A stretch of 64,000 nt of DNA from Tubulanus polymorphus (GCF_964204645.1 NC_134029.1:930001-994000), one strand, 5' to 3'; counted from the stretch's first letter, positions 12,005 to 24,873 are shown. The notes: generated by a model not told the origin, from the sequence alone. Numbers and translations: made by a program.

Positions 12005-12850
12005 TATAAAAAGAGTTTAGTTCTTACATAGTCGAATCTATACTAGGAAAAAATTCGGTAGCCATTTCTCACCTAGAGATTGCATTGTACTTGTGCTGCC
12101 ACCCACGGGTGCGGTGGATTGAGGAACTAATACTGGTTGACTCGACAATATGACGTCATTTATAAATTGTAAATTGTAAATTGTAATTGTAAAAGTTATT
12201 TGTTGTAATTTTCTAACCTACAAACGTCCCCTAGTGGCCGGTCGAATGAGGGTCTCCCCTCGCGATCCTGATTCGATAATTCTGAAATGTCCGGTCGGTT
12301 GAGAGGACATTTTTCCAAGGAGCTCGCGATGTCAGCCGGCTGAGGATCCAGCAAAGCGTTGCTAAGGTGATCTATTAAATGATAAGAATATCTCTTATCA
12401 AGCGATACCATTTTCTGACCCCACCACATTTTGCCCACCGACCAGGACATGACTATACCAGACACTCGAGTCTTGGTGTGAAGAGAACATAGCCACGTTA
12501 AATTGTGAATCCAATTTTTACAAAAATGTTATAGCGCCTATGATTTGAAGCCGTTTTTGAAAATATATATTTAATCTAATTCAAACCTAGACATCGTAGG
12601 TAAATTTTCCACACGATGTTGATGGGTTTTCCAATTCAGTTTTATACAAATTCATGTGCATAAATCTACACTGTAACTCACAATACGCTTTGTGATAAGG
12701 CCTAATCTGGAGTAATTGATTTTCAGTAAACTTTCAATGGAAATGATACGAAGATAAGCTCGTCACAAATAGGTGAATTCAATGGCTTCATTAGTTACCA
12801 AAATACACGGGAGATAACAAGTGTCGCACGTCTGCGTGTTGAACTAAATC

Positions 12851-13777
12851 ATGAATTCAACACAATTGCAATATGCCCGACCTTATAACAGTTACATTCT
12901 TCTCATGTCTGTTGAACGAAAGACTGGCAGCTACCGCATATTTTCAATAGCTTATTCGCTCTTCTTTTTTTCACTGGGAGCTTTTGGAAATACGGCATCT
13001 TTTCTGATAATGATAAGTCGCAGATTCCGCAGTTTATCTTACGCTAACTATCTGATCGTTTTGTCTATCAGTGATTTGACGTTTTGCATCAATTTTACGC
13101 TGATGCCTGTTTTACAGTCGTTTCTCTTGCACCTAAACTCCGGTCCGATAATGTTGGTTAAGTCACTAATTGGTTGTCAAATCTACGAATTTATAATGTC
13201 ATTGATGGGTTCCAGCAGTTCGTGGTTGATAGTAGCGATGTCTCTAGAACGTGTGGCAGTTGTTCTCTTCCCGTTCACATCTCGTTTGATATGTACACCT
13301 AGATTCGCAAGAGCTGCGATATTGATAATACTCGCAGTGAATTCGATAGTCCTTATTGCAAGAGTTTTCACAACGTATCTTGACCAAATCGTTGGTTGTT
13401 ACTATGAAGTCGCTGACCAATACATCTATTTCGTCACTTATGTGGTCCATGTTTATTGTTTACCTTTAACGGTAATAATTGTATCAAATTTTGTTATAAT
13501 AATTCAATTATTCAGAGGTTCAAAAATGATTTCGTCCGATCAGAAAACTACAAAATCAAAACGTACGACAATAATGCTCGTAACAGTTTCACTCGCATTT
13601 GCAATATTTACACTACCAACAGCAGTAACTACTTTCTTGCCGATTTCCACAGAAGAAAAGGGTTTCTTCTTTACCCAGTTCCAAGTATGCAACTACTCGA
13701 TCAACTTTTACATATATCTTTTACTGGGACGAGAAGCTCGGCAATATTTCTGTATGAAAATTAGATGTAAGAAATAA
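12851..13777 (+). CDS. Intronless class A GPCR, copy 4 (protein identical to copy 2)
   Basis: 308 aa with intact 7TM motifs. Confidence 0.92.
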   Translation: MNSTQLQYARPYNSYILLMSVERKTGSYRIFSIAYSLFFFSLGAFGNTASFLIMISRRFRSLSYANYLIVLSISDLTFCINFTLMPVLQSFLLHLNSGPIMLVKSLIGCQIYEFIMSLMGSSSSWLIVAMSLERVAVVLFPFTSRLICTPRFARAAILIILAVNSIVLIARVFTTYLDQIVGCYYEVADQYIYFVTYVVHVYCLPLTVIIVSNFVIIIQLFRGSKMISSDQKTTKSKRTTIMLVTVSLAFAIFTLPTAVTTFLPISTEEKGFFFTQFQVCNYSINFYIYLLLGREARQYFCMKIRCKK

Positions 13778-14616
13778 ACTCAAAATGGCGACCATTTTAA
13801 ATCATTCAGTAACAATTGGATAATGGTCGAATTTAAACTAGGAAAATGTTCATTTCTAACCTAGGAATCATATTGTACTTGTGCTGCCACTCACAGTCGC
13901 GGTGAATAGGGAAACTAATGCTGGTTGAATTATTTCTAGGAAAACGTTCTTAAGTTTATCCTTTTCCTAACGATCGCAGTAAGATTCAACAGATCTCTAC
14001 GAATCAAATCCATCCTCCCTCCACAAGGATTCGAACCCATGATGGCATCGAGACGTGAGTCTAGCATGCCATCAGCAATCCTGCCTGGACTGAAACCACC
14101 GGACACTTATTTCAAATCTCTCGAAGAATGAAGAATAAAGGTATATATATATATATATATAGCCTAACCTTTTCTAACCTAAGTAACCTAATCTAACCTA
14201 ACCTAAGTATTTGCTTGAGTTGTTCGTGTGTGTGGTGCGCGCAAGGGCACCTTGTCTTGGATGCGATCGGGCGACAAGTTCGGCCACGGGTTTGAGACGA
14301 TTATTCTGACTTCACAACTCATAGTCAACCATTATATACTGTGATTCTGGCCATTAGAAAAAATAGTTCAGGACAATCAATTCTAAGCATAACACTGAAT
14401 ACAATATTGGAGCTTGAATTGTATATATTTGTTCAGATGAAATGAATTCATTGTAAATCCGCGAATCGATTTTTCATCAGCCGTGAGTTTAGAAATCATT
14501 TACAGAAAACATATGTATCATAAATGTTTAAAGGAATATTAAAGTTGCAGAAATAAGCTTTTGTTATATCACCATAGAATTCTTTTTCGTTGAGACACGA
14601 GATATCGTGAGAGACG

Positions 14617-15582
14617 ATGAATCTTACTGAAATGCAGATTGTTGGTAGACCTTACTACAGTTACATCGTTCTTATGTCCGTGGAGAACAAGTCTGGAATC
14701 TACCGTACTGTCTTATTGGTCATTCTACCCGTCCTGTTCTTGTTAGGGGCCTTCGGAAATTCAGCTACTTTCCTGATAATGATAAGTTGTAGATTCCGCA
14801 GTTTATCTTACGCTAACTATCTGATCGTTTTATCTCTCAGTGACTTTGCGTTCTGTATCAGTCATACACTGATGCCTGTTTTACAGTTTATTCTCTTGCA
14901 TTTAAACGCTGGTCCTATATTCATCATGAATTCACTGATCAGTTGTCAAATCTACGAATTGGTGACAAGTTGTATGGGTGCCAATAGTTCGTGGTTAATA
15001 GTAGCGATATCTCTAGAACGTGCGGCAGTTGTTCTCTTCCCGTTCACATCTCGTTTGATATGTACACCGAGTTTTGCCCGATGCGTCATTGTTTTCATTT
15101 TCGTAATGAATCCGTTAATAATTGTGATTCATCCTACGGTAATTATGAAGTTTTCTTACAAGTTTGTCGGATGTTATTACGAGTTAGTCGACCAGTTCAT
15201 ACTTGCTATCTCGTATGTAATATACGTCTTTCTTCTTCCTTTAATGTTAATAATTGTATCAAATTCTATGATAATAATTCAGTTATTCAGAGGTTCAAAA
15301 ATGGTTTCGTCCGATAAGAAAACCTCGAAAGCGAAACGCACGACAATAATGCTTGTAACAGTTTCACTCGCGTTTGCAATGTTCACACTTCCATCCGCTA
15401 TTACTATATTCTTACCGATCTCGTCGGACAGAAACGAATTTTTTTTAGACATATACAGTCACTTTCTATTGTGTAACTATTCGATCAATTTCTATATCTA
15501 TATTTTACTGGGTCGAGAAATTCGTGAATATTTCTGTGCGAAATTCGTTTGTCGATTGCGCCTCCGCCACGAATGGCGTTAA
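14617..15582 (+). CDS. Intronless class A GPCR, copy 5
   Basis: 321 aa, same family motifs (GN, LSLSD, SLERA, GCYYE, NFYIY). Confidence 0.92.
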   Translation: MNLTEMQIVGRPYYSYIVLMSVENKSGIYRTVLLVILPVLFLLGAFGNSATFLIMISCRFRSLSYANYLIVLSLSDFAFCISHTLMPVLQFILLHLNAGPIFIMNSLISCQIYELVTSCMGANSSWLIVAISLERAAVVLFPFTSRLICTPSFARCVIVFIFVMNPLIIVIHPTVIMKFSYKFVGCYYELVDQFILAISYVIYVFLLPLMLIIVSNSMIIIQLFRGSKMVSSDKKTSKAKRTTIMLVTVSLAFAMFTLPSAITIFLPISSDRNEFFLDIYSHFLLCNYSINFYIYILLGREIREYFCAKFVCRLRLRHEWR

Positions 15583-15680
15583 GGCAATAAGCAGTATTTT
15601 CCTTTTATTGTTTAGTTGTTTCTTTTTATCACTTTTGTAAGAAATGGATTCAAAGTTGATCAATGATATGAAAACATGGT

Positions 15681-16207
15681 AACCCTCGCATGCCATGGCA
15701 AGAATAATCGAACCCCTCGCATGCCGGGGTCAGAATCAATAAACCCTCGCATGCCGGGGCCAGAATCAATAAGCCCTCGCATGCCGGGGCAATAAAAAAA
15801 CCCTCGCATGCCATGGCAAAAATAATTGAAACCCTCGCATGCCGGGGTCAGAATCAATAAACCCTCGCATGCCAGAGCAAGAATTATTGAAACCCTCGCA
15901 TGCCGGGGCAGAATCAATTAACCCTCGCATGCCAGGGCAAAAATAATTGAAACCCTCGCATGCCGGGGTCAGAATCAATAAACCCTCGCATGCCAGAGCA
16001 AGAATTATTGAAACCCTCGCATGCCGGGGCAGAATCAATTAACCCTCGCATGCCAGGGCAAAAATAATTGAAACCCTCGCATGCCAGGGTCAGAATCAAA
16101 TTACCCTGGCATAGCGGGGCTAGAATTATTGAAACCCTCGCATTCTAGGGTCAGAATCAATCAACCCTCGCATGCCAGGGCAAGATTCATTAAAACCCTC
16201 GCATGCT
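15681..16207. repeat. Approximately 30-bp minisatellite (core AACCCTCGCATGCC), about 17 units with alternating variants
   Basis: Constant core followed by a few recurring tail variants (GGGGTCAGAATCAAT, AGAGCAAGAATTATTG, AGGGCAAAAATAATTG). Confidence 0.93.
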
Positions 16208-18712
16208 GGGGGCCAGTTGCTTAAGGATAACCAGCAGATAAATACTATGTCAACCATCTACTGATTAACTGTAACCTTTGAGCAACTGGCCCATCGCATG
16301 TTCGAGGTCAGTTTGAACTAGACGCCTGCAGTTTTATGAAACTGAAACCTCGGCTTAGTTTCTTAAAGCTTTACTCGATTTAACTTCAGTTGAGCTTATA
16401 TTCCGTTCTCAGAGTAAAGCATTATGAAACTGAAGCAGTGGGATGTGACGCACTGAGTCTATGAAACTGCTGGGGTCTTTAATCACAATTAGAACAACAC
16501 AGAGATATTCATCTTTATTTCAACTAAAACCATACAACAGTTCATACAAAATCAAGTCCATTTACATTATCATACAAGTTTATACATACATATTTATACA
16601 TATAGACGCAGTTACATGGATTGCGATGTAGATATCTCATGCCCTTGATCCATCTCAGAAAGCCCATCATTAATCGTTCAGTAAAAATGAAAATAAGATT
16701 AAAACCCGTTATATAGAAATTTAAAGAATTAAGACAAGACCGTAGAATTACGTCAGTTGTGATGAAATAACTAGAACAGCGAAAAATATAGCGGTAAGAA
16801 CAAATTAATTGAGAAAGTATAAAGAGAGAGTAGGTTATTCAGTGCTTATAGGTTGAGATTTAGTTCGTAGGCTGTTCTAGTTATCTATTCATTTACTTCG
16901 TTTAAATTAGTCTTGGCAAATAAATTTAGTTTGAGTTTAATGATCTAAATGTGTATATAGTGGGTTCTAATCTACGTCTGAATCATTGAGGCTAAACTCT
17001 ATTTCTACCAGCAAAAATGAAGTTACGGCTTTGTGAAACGAATCATGGGATTTAGCCGTTGTTTTTATGGATATGTGATACGCAGTCCATGAAACCATCA
17101 CAAACAAAACAAATATGCCCATATTGGCCGGCACAATCAAACAATATTCATTTGTTTTATTACCTACAAGAGGACCATTAGATCCTGTAAGCACACGCAG
17201 TTCTCCTAAGTTTCAAGAAAATACGCTCAAATATGAAATGTTCGCCGACTCTCCATGACTCTTCGTGAAGATTGTGCTAAAAATCTGACAGATCTGTGAA
17301 TAATCAATCCCCAGGTTGATGGTGAATTGCTCCCTATCTCTCTCAGATGGCATATTGCATCATGTTCCTATCATATGGCATATTAGTTACTAGTTCATCC
17401 TGGAATAGAGAAAATTTGTGCCTGTAAACTGAAATAAACTATCATTACACCTGTATTTCGGCGACGTATTGACTGACTCACAGTTGTAGTTGATGATTGT
17501 ACCACAATTCCATTTCTTCTTAGATTACAAAATTCCTCGAGGAAACCTAACTGTAAATAGGAAAGCTTTGTATGTTCCTGAAGTATTTCCTAAAAACATA
17601 AACAGAGCTGATACTTACCGTAACAGCGTTCGGAAAGCAAGCAATGGCATTACTCAATCTTTGATCAACTTTCAAATCGTTCTCTTCAGATATTGGGATA
17701 ATTTCATACTGAAAAATACCAAATCATATCACGAGAAGAATTAATTACGTAATTAGAGTAATATCTCAGTCAGGGGCTGAATCCTGTTAGAAAACAAACC
17801 ATTTTCAAACTTCTGGCGACATCTGAGCGACTTCTGAGCTCATCAGATACACGAATAATTCATTCAATGTGTGAAACTGAAAATAACAAGTTTTTATCAA
17901 TGATACGTTTACAGTAAAACAGCAGGTATATAGACTGGAATCTGGAGAGATAATTACCGGTATTCGTTTTGAAATGTAGGAATCCAAATTGATGGTCATC
18001 ATTTGAAAATGTTCGGTGAACTTTGAACCGAGTCTTTTGAGCTGTAAATTCTTGTGTTCGGTGGAATTTATTCTGTAAAGAAAAAATTGGTCATTGAAAT
18101 ACAGAAACATCGCGTGTACACGTCTGCTATAATCTGTAAATTACTATCTTACTTGTATCGATTACCGCGTAGCCTATTGTCTATTTTCCTGGTAGATTGA
18201 TACGGGATCGACACTTCCTGTAAAACATTCGAGAGAAATAAAGCAATATTGTATACGTAGATTAACAGATTTTGGGGTAATAGTGAAATAAGAGCACTGA
18301 AAAATTCACCATTTGCAAACTTCATAAAGCTTTTGGCAGACAAGACAAATTTCATCTGTTGACTGTAGAATTGTTAGGCTTCATTATTCTAACATAAGGA
18401 CCTTGATAACTCTGACCAGGAGGTAAATGTCAGAGAACTCACCTTTTCTGATCACTCTATTCAAAATTACAGATGATGTGATCTCTTCAGAGTTGTTGAT
18501 TCCGGAAATTATAAGCAAGTATTGAATGGTTCTAAAAGCGAATTCTGATGAATTTCCAAATGGGTTTTACCTGCTGCTGCTGCCGCTGCCATTGCCGCTG
18601 CCGCTGTTGCTGCTACCGCTTGCTGCTGCCGCCGCTGCTGCTGAAAAGAAAAAGAAACAATGATCAGTGACAATAGAGCAAAATGTAACATATCTCTAAA
18701 TTCAGGCAGTAC

Positions 18713-18902
18713 AGGATTTATATGAATTTTACTGCTGCACTGATTTCAGTTATAGATACACGTAACACCAGTGTAAAGATACAGAGTACAGATCACTGCA
18801 TTAACTTCATCCTGTGATTGAACAGTGATTTAATGTTCTCTCATCTTCATTAGAATCCCATCCGTCTAACTAAAACATCAGAACAATTCAACTCATCTAA
18901 CC
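18713..18902. repeat. Left arm of an approximately 190-bp inverted repeat (partner 22147-22337)
   Basis: For example, CAGATCACTGCATTAACTTCATCCTGTGATTGAACAGTGATTTAATGTTCTCTCATCTTCATTAGA is the exact reverse complement of the 22.2-kb block. Confidence 0.9.
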
Positions 18903-19212
18903 CCCGACCCGACCCTCCCAGACCCCTTCCCTCCCGCCCTCCCTCACCCCTTCCCTCCCGCCCTCCCTCACCCCTTCCCTCCCGCCCTCCCTCACCCCTT
19001 CCCTCCCGCCCTCCCTCACCCCTTCCCTCCCGCCCTCCCTCACCCCTTCCCTCCCTCCCTCGCCGCGCCACCCTCCCTCACTCCCCCACCCTCCCTCCAT
19101 GCCCTCCCTCCTAGCCCTTCCTCAATGCCCTCCCACCTAACCTCCCGTAGTGCCCTCCCTCCTAGCCCTCCCTCAATGCCCTCCTACCTAACCTCCCGTA
19201 GTGCCCTCCCTC
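18901..19212. repeat. C-rich 24-bp minisatellite (CCCTTCCCTCCCGCCCTCCCTCAC), G-quadruplex-prone on the - strand
   Basis: Read directly. A related C-rich array lies at 21948-22145. Confidence 0.9.
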
Positions 19213-19858
19213 CACGTCAACTCTGTGTCACTTCCTACTACAACTCTACAATAACTACAAAACGATTGCCATTTTTCACGATCATAGCAATTTCATAAAC
19301 AAATCGAAATTCTTAATCAATTGCATCATTGATACTTTCTTTACCATTTAAGAGGCATTCAAATTGTCGTATACCGTTTCACGGCTTGTTGCAATGAGAT
19401 AAACTCGGACTGAACCTCTACAACTAACAATGAGAAGGGCAAACACAAACCAGAGAACTATGCACAAACCAAGGACTCTCCTAGTCCAGGCACAAACCGA
19501 GGACAAGAATGATGGCTGATTCAGCTATAGATCAAAACTAAAAACGCGATTTCTGTTGCTTCACGAATTCATCATGTCATCATTCTCGTTATGAAACCAT
19601 TGTGGACCAATGACAGTTGATAGTCCACTAGAGGCTTTATATCAGAGCAAGGTGTTTGATGGAATCCCATTCATATAATCTCTTAATTATTGATTATAAA
19701 CTCCTGGTATGAACTCCTAGAACTCGTTTAAAATGTATCTGTTTGATTGATAGTTTCTTGTTAAACACTTAAACCCAGCGGGACAAATAAAAATCCGGCC
19801 ATATTTCATCATTTTGCCATCTTTCTCTTTTCACTCTCTTTTTCTTTTTCTTTTTTTT

Positions 19859-20039
19859 GAGTCGAGGTAGGAATAGACCCCTGCCCGCTCGCTAAGCCAG
19901 CAGGTCACTAAACCTTCGAATTGCTCTCGGACCCCACTCTTTATATTTTTCTTTTTTTGAGTGGAGGTAGGAATAGACCCATGCCCGCCATCTAGGCCAG
20001 CAGGACACTAAACCTTCGAATTGCTCTCGGACTCCACTC
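19859..20039 (-). other. Tandem pair of 81-nt self-complementary units (candidate structured RNA)
   Basis: Copies at 19859-19939 and 19959-20039. Terminal stem GAGUGGAG/CUCCACUC, an internal GCAA-capped hairpin, and a long arm with a compensatory change between copies. Confidence 0.4.
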
Positions 20040-22146
20040 TTTATATCAGCATTTTATGCTGTTGCAGCTTTAAGTTCACAGGTTCGATATGGCTTCTTTT
20101 TTATTCTTTTTTCTATTTTTTGCTTTTTTATATTTTTCTCATTTTCTTCTCGCCGGCATCCGTCAGTACCGACTAGGAATAAGTGACAAGAAAACTCTTT
20201 TAGAGACAAACAGCAATACGTTATGTTCGTTGATATATTGAATCCCTCAAAGTTGCCAGCCAATAAAACCAATAGTAGTAGCAGCAGCATTGATATACAA
20301 TATTGTCTACAGATATTAATTTTTTCCTTTACAACGTCATTGGTTCCACATAAATCATTTCATATGGATTATTATTATTCATATATCGATTTCATATAAT
20401 TCATCATAGATTCTTGAAGACAACAGAAATGAATAACGTTTCTATAAGCATTATAGAATAGCTTAGATTTTTCATTCGTGATCCTCGTTTGATGTTTCAT
20501 TCATGGCCCTGGTTTGGTGACCAAAGAGTCAAAGATTTGGTTGATGGCCCTGGTTTCGGTTCACCTGGCAGTGGCACTTTCCAAAGGCTTTGGGTCTTAA
20601 TAATAAATCTGAATTTTGGTACGGTACATTACATATGGAGCCGCCTAGACAAAAAATTGTAACTGCTGAACAAGCGAACACACATAGCATGAAATTGAGC
20701 GTTGCCTGTTTTGAAAAGGAGCGTTTTGACTAATCAGACATGGTCACCCATATGATCACATGAATCAAGTCAAATTTTACACTGAATGTATTCAAAATCT
20801 ATGTACTAATCAATAAAATCAGAATTAATGCATTAATGAAGTCAGAAATAATGCACTTAGATATTCAGAAATAATCCACCTATTACGTTAGAAATATACC
20901 GCCTATTCTTAACCTGATTTGATCGTGAAAAAATGACAATCGTCACTAAGAGAAAAAATCTACCATTTCTGATAGGATCGTTATTTGATAATATGTGAGA
21001 AGATACATATTCCATTAAAATGGAGTTCTTGAAAAGGATTCTCAAAAATCTCTAACACAGAAATGATCCTAATCCGTGAAAATGTTGCTGGATTATAAAA
21101 CAATACTCTGTCTTAGTCAATCCTTGTCATCATTGTTTCACCTATGAATCGTACGGTCTATTTCAGAAAATGTGTCCTCTTGTTTTTGATAACAGTAGGA
21201 TAACTAATTATTAAGAATATATTTCTTCAAATAGTGATATCTATACCGCGTACTGCTCGCTGAAGGCAAATTAATTGGACCTGAAAATCTATAAAAGCGA
21301 TTAAATCTCTTCTCTAATCAGTTCCACGGTATTCATGAATGAAGACTATAGGTTTGTCTTCGAATTTGCAGCTAAATAGGAAGCAACAATGATTGTGCGT
21401 GAAACGTGATTCGGCACTCGAATATTTTCAAAGTCGTTTACAATAAACAGAAAGCTGCTGCTGATAGTTTATTCAAAAAGAAGCAGTAACCGCCAGGTTT
21501 CAACAGTAATTATCATGTTCAATTGAATTAAGCTGCGTTTCAATTGCAGCCACGGTCCTTTTTCATATCATACAAAGTTACTCGTTCGTGGACTCCTTGA
21601 ATAATGACCCTCAAATTGGGACATTCCCATTCAAAAATCTGGGGCACCGCTTATGTCATTGTAACACGACATTTTCCAAAAGTCTCGTGTGACGTGATGC
21701 CTAACAGTAAAAGCATTTTATTCTTATTAATCCTATATAGGTTATTCGAATACAATAAAAAGGTGGGACACATTTTCTGAAATATGGTGTTGTTTAAGAC
21801 TAAGAATATCTACTATTCAACCTACAGTGTACCTGACCCTAACACACCATCTCCCAAAAACCCTAAACCACCATCTACCTAAACCCTAGACCACCTAAAC
21901 CTTCCTGCAAGTCATATCACCACCCATATCTCCCTGACCTACCACAGCCCCTCCCCCTTCTCTCCCTCCATCCCTCCCTCACTTTCCCTCCCACCCTCCC
22001 TCACCCCTTTCATCCCACCCTCCCTCTACCCCGTCCCTCCCACCCACCCTCTACCCCTTCCCTCCCACCCTCCCTCTACCCCTTCCCTCCCACCCTCCCT
22101 CTACCCCTTCCCTCCCCCAACCCAACCCACCCTCCCCAAACCCCAC

Positions 22147-22337
22147 GGTTAGATGAGTTGAAATGTTCTGATGTTTTAGTTAGACGGATGGGAATCTAAT
22201 GAAGATGAGAGAACATTAAATCACTGTTCAATCACAGGATGAAGTTAATGCAGTGATCTGTACTCTGTATCTGTACACAATGTTACGTGTATCTGTAACT
22301 GTTCAATCAGTACAGCAGTAAAATCTACAGAAATCCT
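22147..22337. repeat. Right arm of the approximately 190-bp inverted repeat
   Basis: Reverse complement of 18713-18902. Confidence 0.9.
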
Positions 22338-23809
22338 AACTCTATGGATCTACATATCTAATTTTCATAAAAGAACATGATTGATAACAGTTGTGTTATT
22401 GATATCAGAGACCAGTTTCATATTGATTGAAATAACGTATTGAGTGTATCCACAGTAGGAAACCAATAAACCTGCTTTATTCGTTTTTGTATCACTGAAA
22501 TTACAACCCGAAAGCCGAAATAACCCCTTAGCAAATACACACCAATATCAGTGGAGGTAATTTGGATGGATTGAACAAAATTAAAGACGCAACAACTAAC
22601 TGTGATTTCATTTTCAAACATGGTTTAAGATACTTTAAAACTGGTCCCTTAAATCAAATTAACAACTGATAAACAGTGATAGTGGTATGAAAAATTATAC
22701 TTATCTTGAACTTCCATTCATTGACGTCCTGTGATGAGTCCCAAGAGTCTGATTAAAACAGCGATTTTTCTTTTCCTTTGCTGAATCCGAAGGTGTGATT
22801 ATAAAACCGTAATTCTTTCATGTGCTCTGTGCTGAATCCAAGAAAGTCTTATTCTAACACAGTGACGCCTGTGTTGAGTCTAGTAAAGTCTGATTGTAAC
22901 ACAGTGATTCCTTGTTTAACTGTGCTGAATCTAAGAAAGTCTGATTTTACACTGGGATTCCTTGTTAGCCAGCCTGTGCTGAATCCAGAAATCTCACTGG
23001 AAAATGATACCTATGATAGAAAAATGATAGAAATGATAGGAAAATCTCAAGACGTTTTGTTTCCTTAGCAAAAACCGCAGAATAGTCAAATTCTAAAATC
23101 AAACTTACCAAATTGCTTGTTCTAATCTGTAGTTGATTCATTCAGGATTGTTTTGTGTACTTTTATTTTAGGTTCCTCCAAAGTTGAACATGAAAGAAAG
23201 AAATACAGTTATGAAAATCTCCGTTAACAGTTTCAACCTCATTTGTAGCAGACAAGCATGTACGTCTATTTTCACTGTTTCTGATATGGATTCTACATGA
23301 AATAGTTAATCTACACGTATACAACCGTAAACATAGATATCAAGTATTCAAAATGATACGGAATAGGGACAGGATGAATTCACACGGAACCAAACCTACT
23401 TAATTCACATTTTTAAGAATCATTTCATTACAACGAAATGAGACGAATTTTAAGGTCAAGAAATATAGATACCCACAATATCTGATATGAAATATATTTG
23501 CACCATATTAACCCATGTTATAAACACTTACCGACTATTGAAATGCTGATTTCTGGGGTGGGTAGGGAGGGTGGTAATGTTTGGAATAAGGTTTGGTTTT
23601 GGTATTCGTGTTGTATGTTAAAGCACGCCATTTTCCTGCACTATAAAGTGAAACCCGCAGTGGACACGATGACCACATACGTCATAATGTTCCAAATTCG
23701 CGCAATGCGCATGTGTCAGATATCTAAATATCAAAAATGTCAATCGGGATCGAATCCTGGCAGAGCGACATATAGCCTCAGATATCGGAAGTCTGACGTC
23801 CACCCCATT

Positions 23810-23990
23810 CATTGTTCTTCTTTGATGGAAATTCGGCTACTTTCCTGATAATGGTAATACGTAAATTCTACAGTTTATCATACGCTAACTATCTGATAGT
23901 TTTTTCTATCAGTGATTTAGCTGTTTTGATCAATTTTACACTGATGCCTGTTATAAGGTATGTTCGCTTGCATCTAAACATTGGACCCAC
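23810..23990 (+). pseudogene. GPCR pseudogene fragment (end of TM1 to ECL1 only)
   Basis: GNSATFLIMVIRKFYSLSYANYLIVFSISDLAVLINFTLMPVIRYVRLHLNIGP aligns to the cluster genes. No start codon and no downstream TM segments. Confidence 0.88.
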
Positions 23991-24873
23991 CTGAGCCATA
24001 TACCTGGTAAAATCAGTAATAATTGTCCCGTGTCCTATTAGCTCCAAATTTGTTTGAAATTGTTATTTTATTTGATTTTTGATATGAAACGTTTAGTTTT
24101 CTTTTGTAACATAAATAAGTTGAGGTAAGTGCGAAGTATCGCTGGTGAAACGACAGAAAAGTAACACATTATACCAAGAATAGTAAATATGACTTTAGTA
24201 AACAGGTGGTTGCATCATGCACACTCAGTTTACTATATAAAGAGGAGATTTTATAGCGTTTGGCAGAAACATCTGATACGGGGTTTAGCGCAGGAAGGTT
24301 AATTTATAAGATGCGTTCACATCATTGTCGTCGATTCTCAAGCTAACTTCTACCCACAGCGCAGAATCGGCACCGGGCCTCGTCGTTTTTGGTGGTGGAG
24401 AACCCGATACAGTCACATCATACATACAACTATACCGCTACAATAACAGTCTTTATCTGTACAAATTCTGTATCTGTGAAGAAGTCTCTGTGTCTGAGAC
24501 ACACGAATCGAATTGCTGTTGTCGTATGATAAAGTTTTCGCGTTTTCTCTGCGTGAATACTTAATAATTTCCTAAACTCAATGAACTATTCGAGTTTCAA
24601 AAGTTTCACCCGAGGTGTATTTTACGCACTATACAAACTTCCACTTACAAATGAGTCAGAAACTTTAGAGAGTTGGTTTTTCATCAATGAGATAATAGAG
24701 AAACAGCCGTAACCGTCATGACATGTAAACGCATCATCCCCGCAGTGATCCTAACACAATATATATCGACAAATTATATTCATTTGTATAAATGCTTCTG
24801 AACAAATCGTACGCGTTTATTCTCGTTATAATGGTTTCAGAAGAACACCGGGTTGAGCATGAATTTTCACACA

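Larger units (their letters stand above)
17040..23631 (-). pseudogene. Decayed multi-exon gene, possibly related to CxC/KDZ (Zisupton-type) transposases
   Basis: Frame-compatible GT-AG exons on the - strand: 23631-23532 (ATG...G|GTAAGT), 20644-20565, 18640-18571, 18217-18153, 18072-17958, 17876 to about 17811 (weak donor), 17708-17619, 17550-17482, and 17399 onward. Other exon-like blocks have broken splice sites or stops. Minus-strand AATAAA near 16514-16519. Confidence 0.45.

Noticed and set aside
15681-16207. CRISPR-like look: constant 14-bp core with variable intervening sequence
   Set aside because: The spacers are only about 15 bp, are homologous to each other and recur. There are no cas genes and the context is eukaryotic. 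It is a minisatellite.
24100-24560. Possible solo LTR (TGTAAC start, TATA box)
   Set aside because: I could not identify a matching CA terminus or a TSD.
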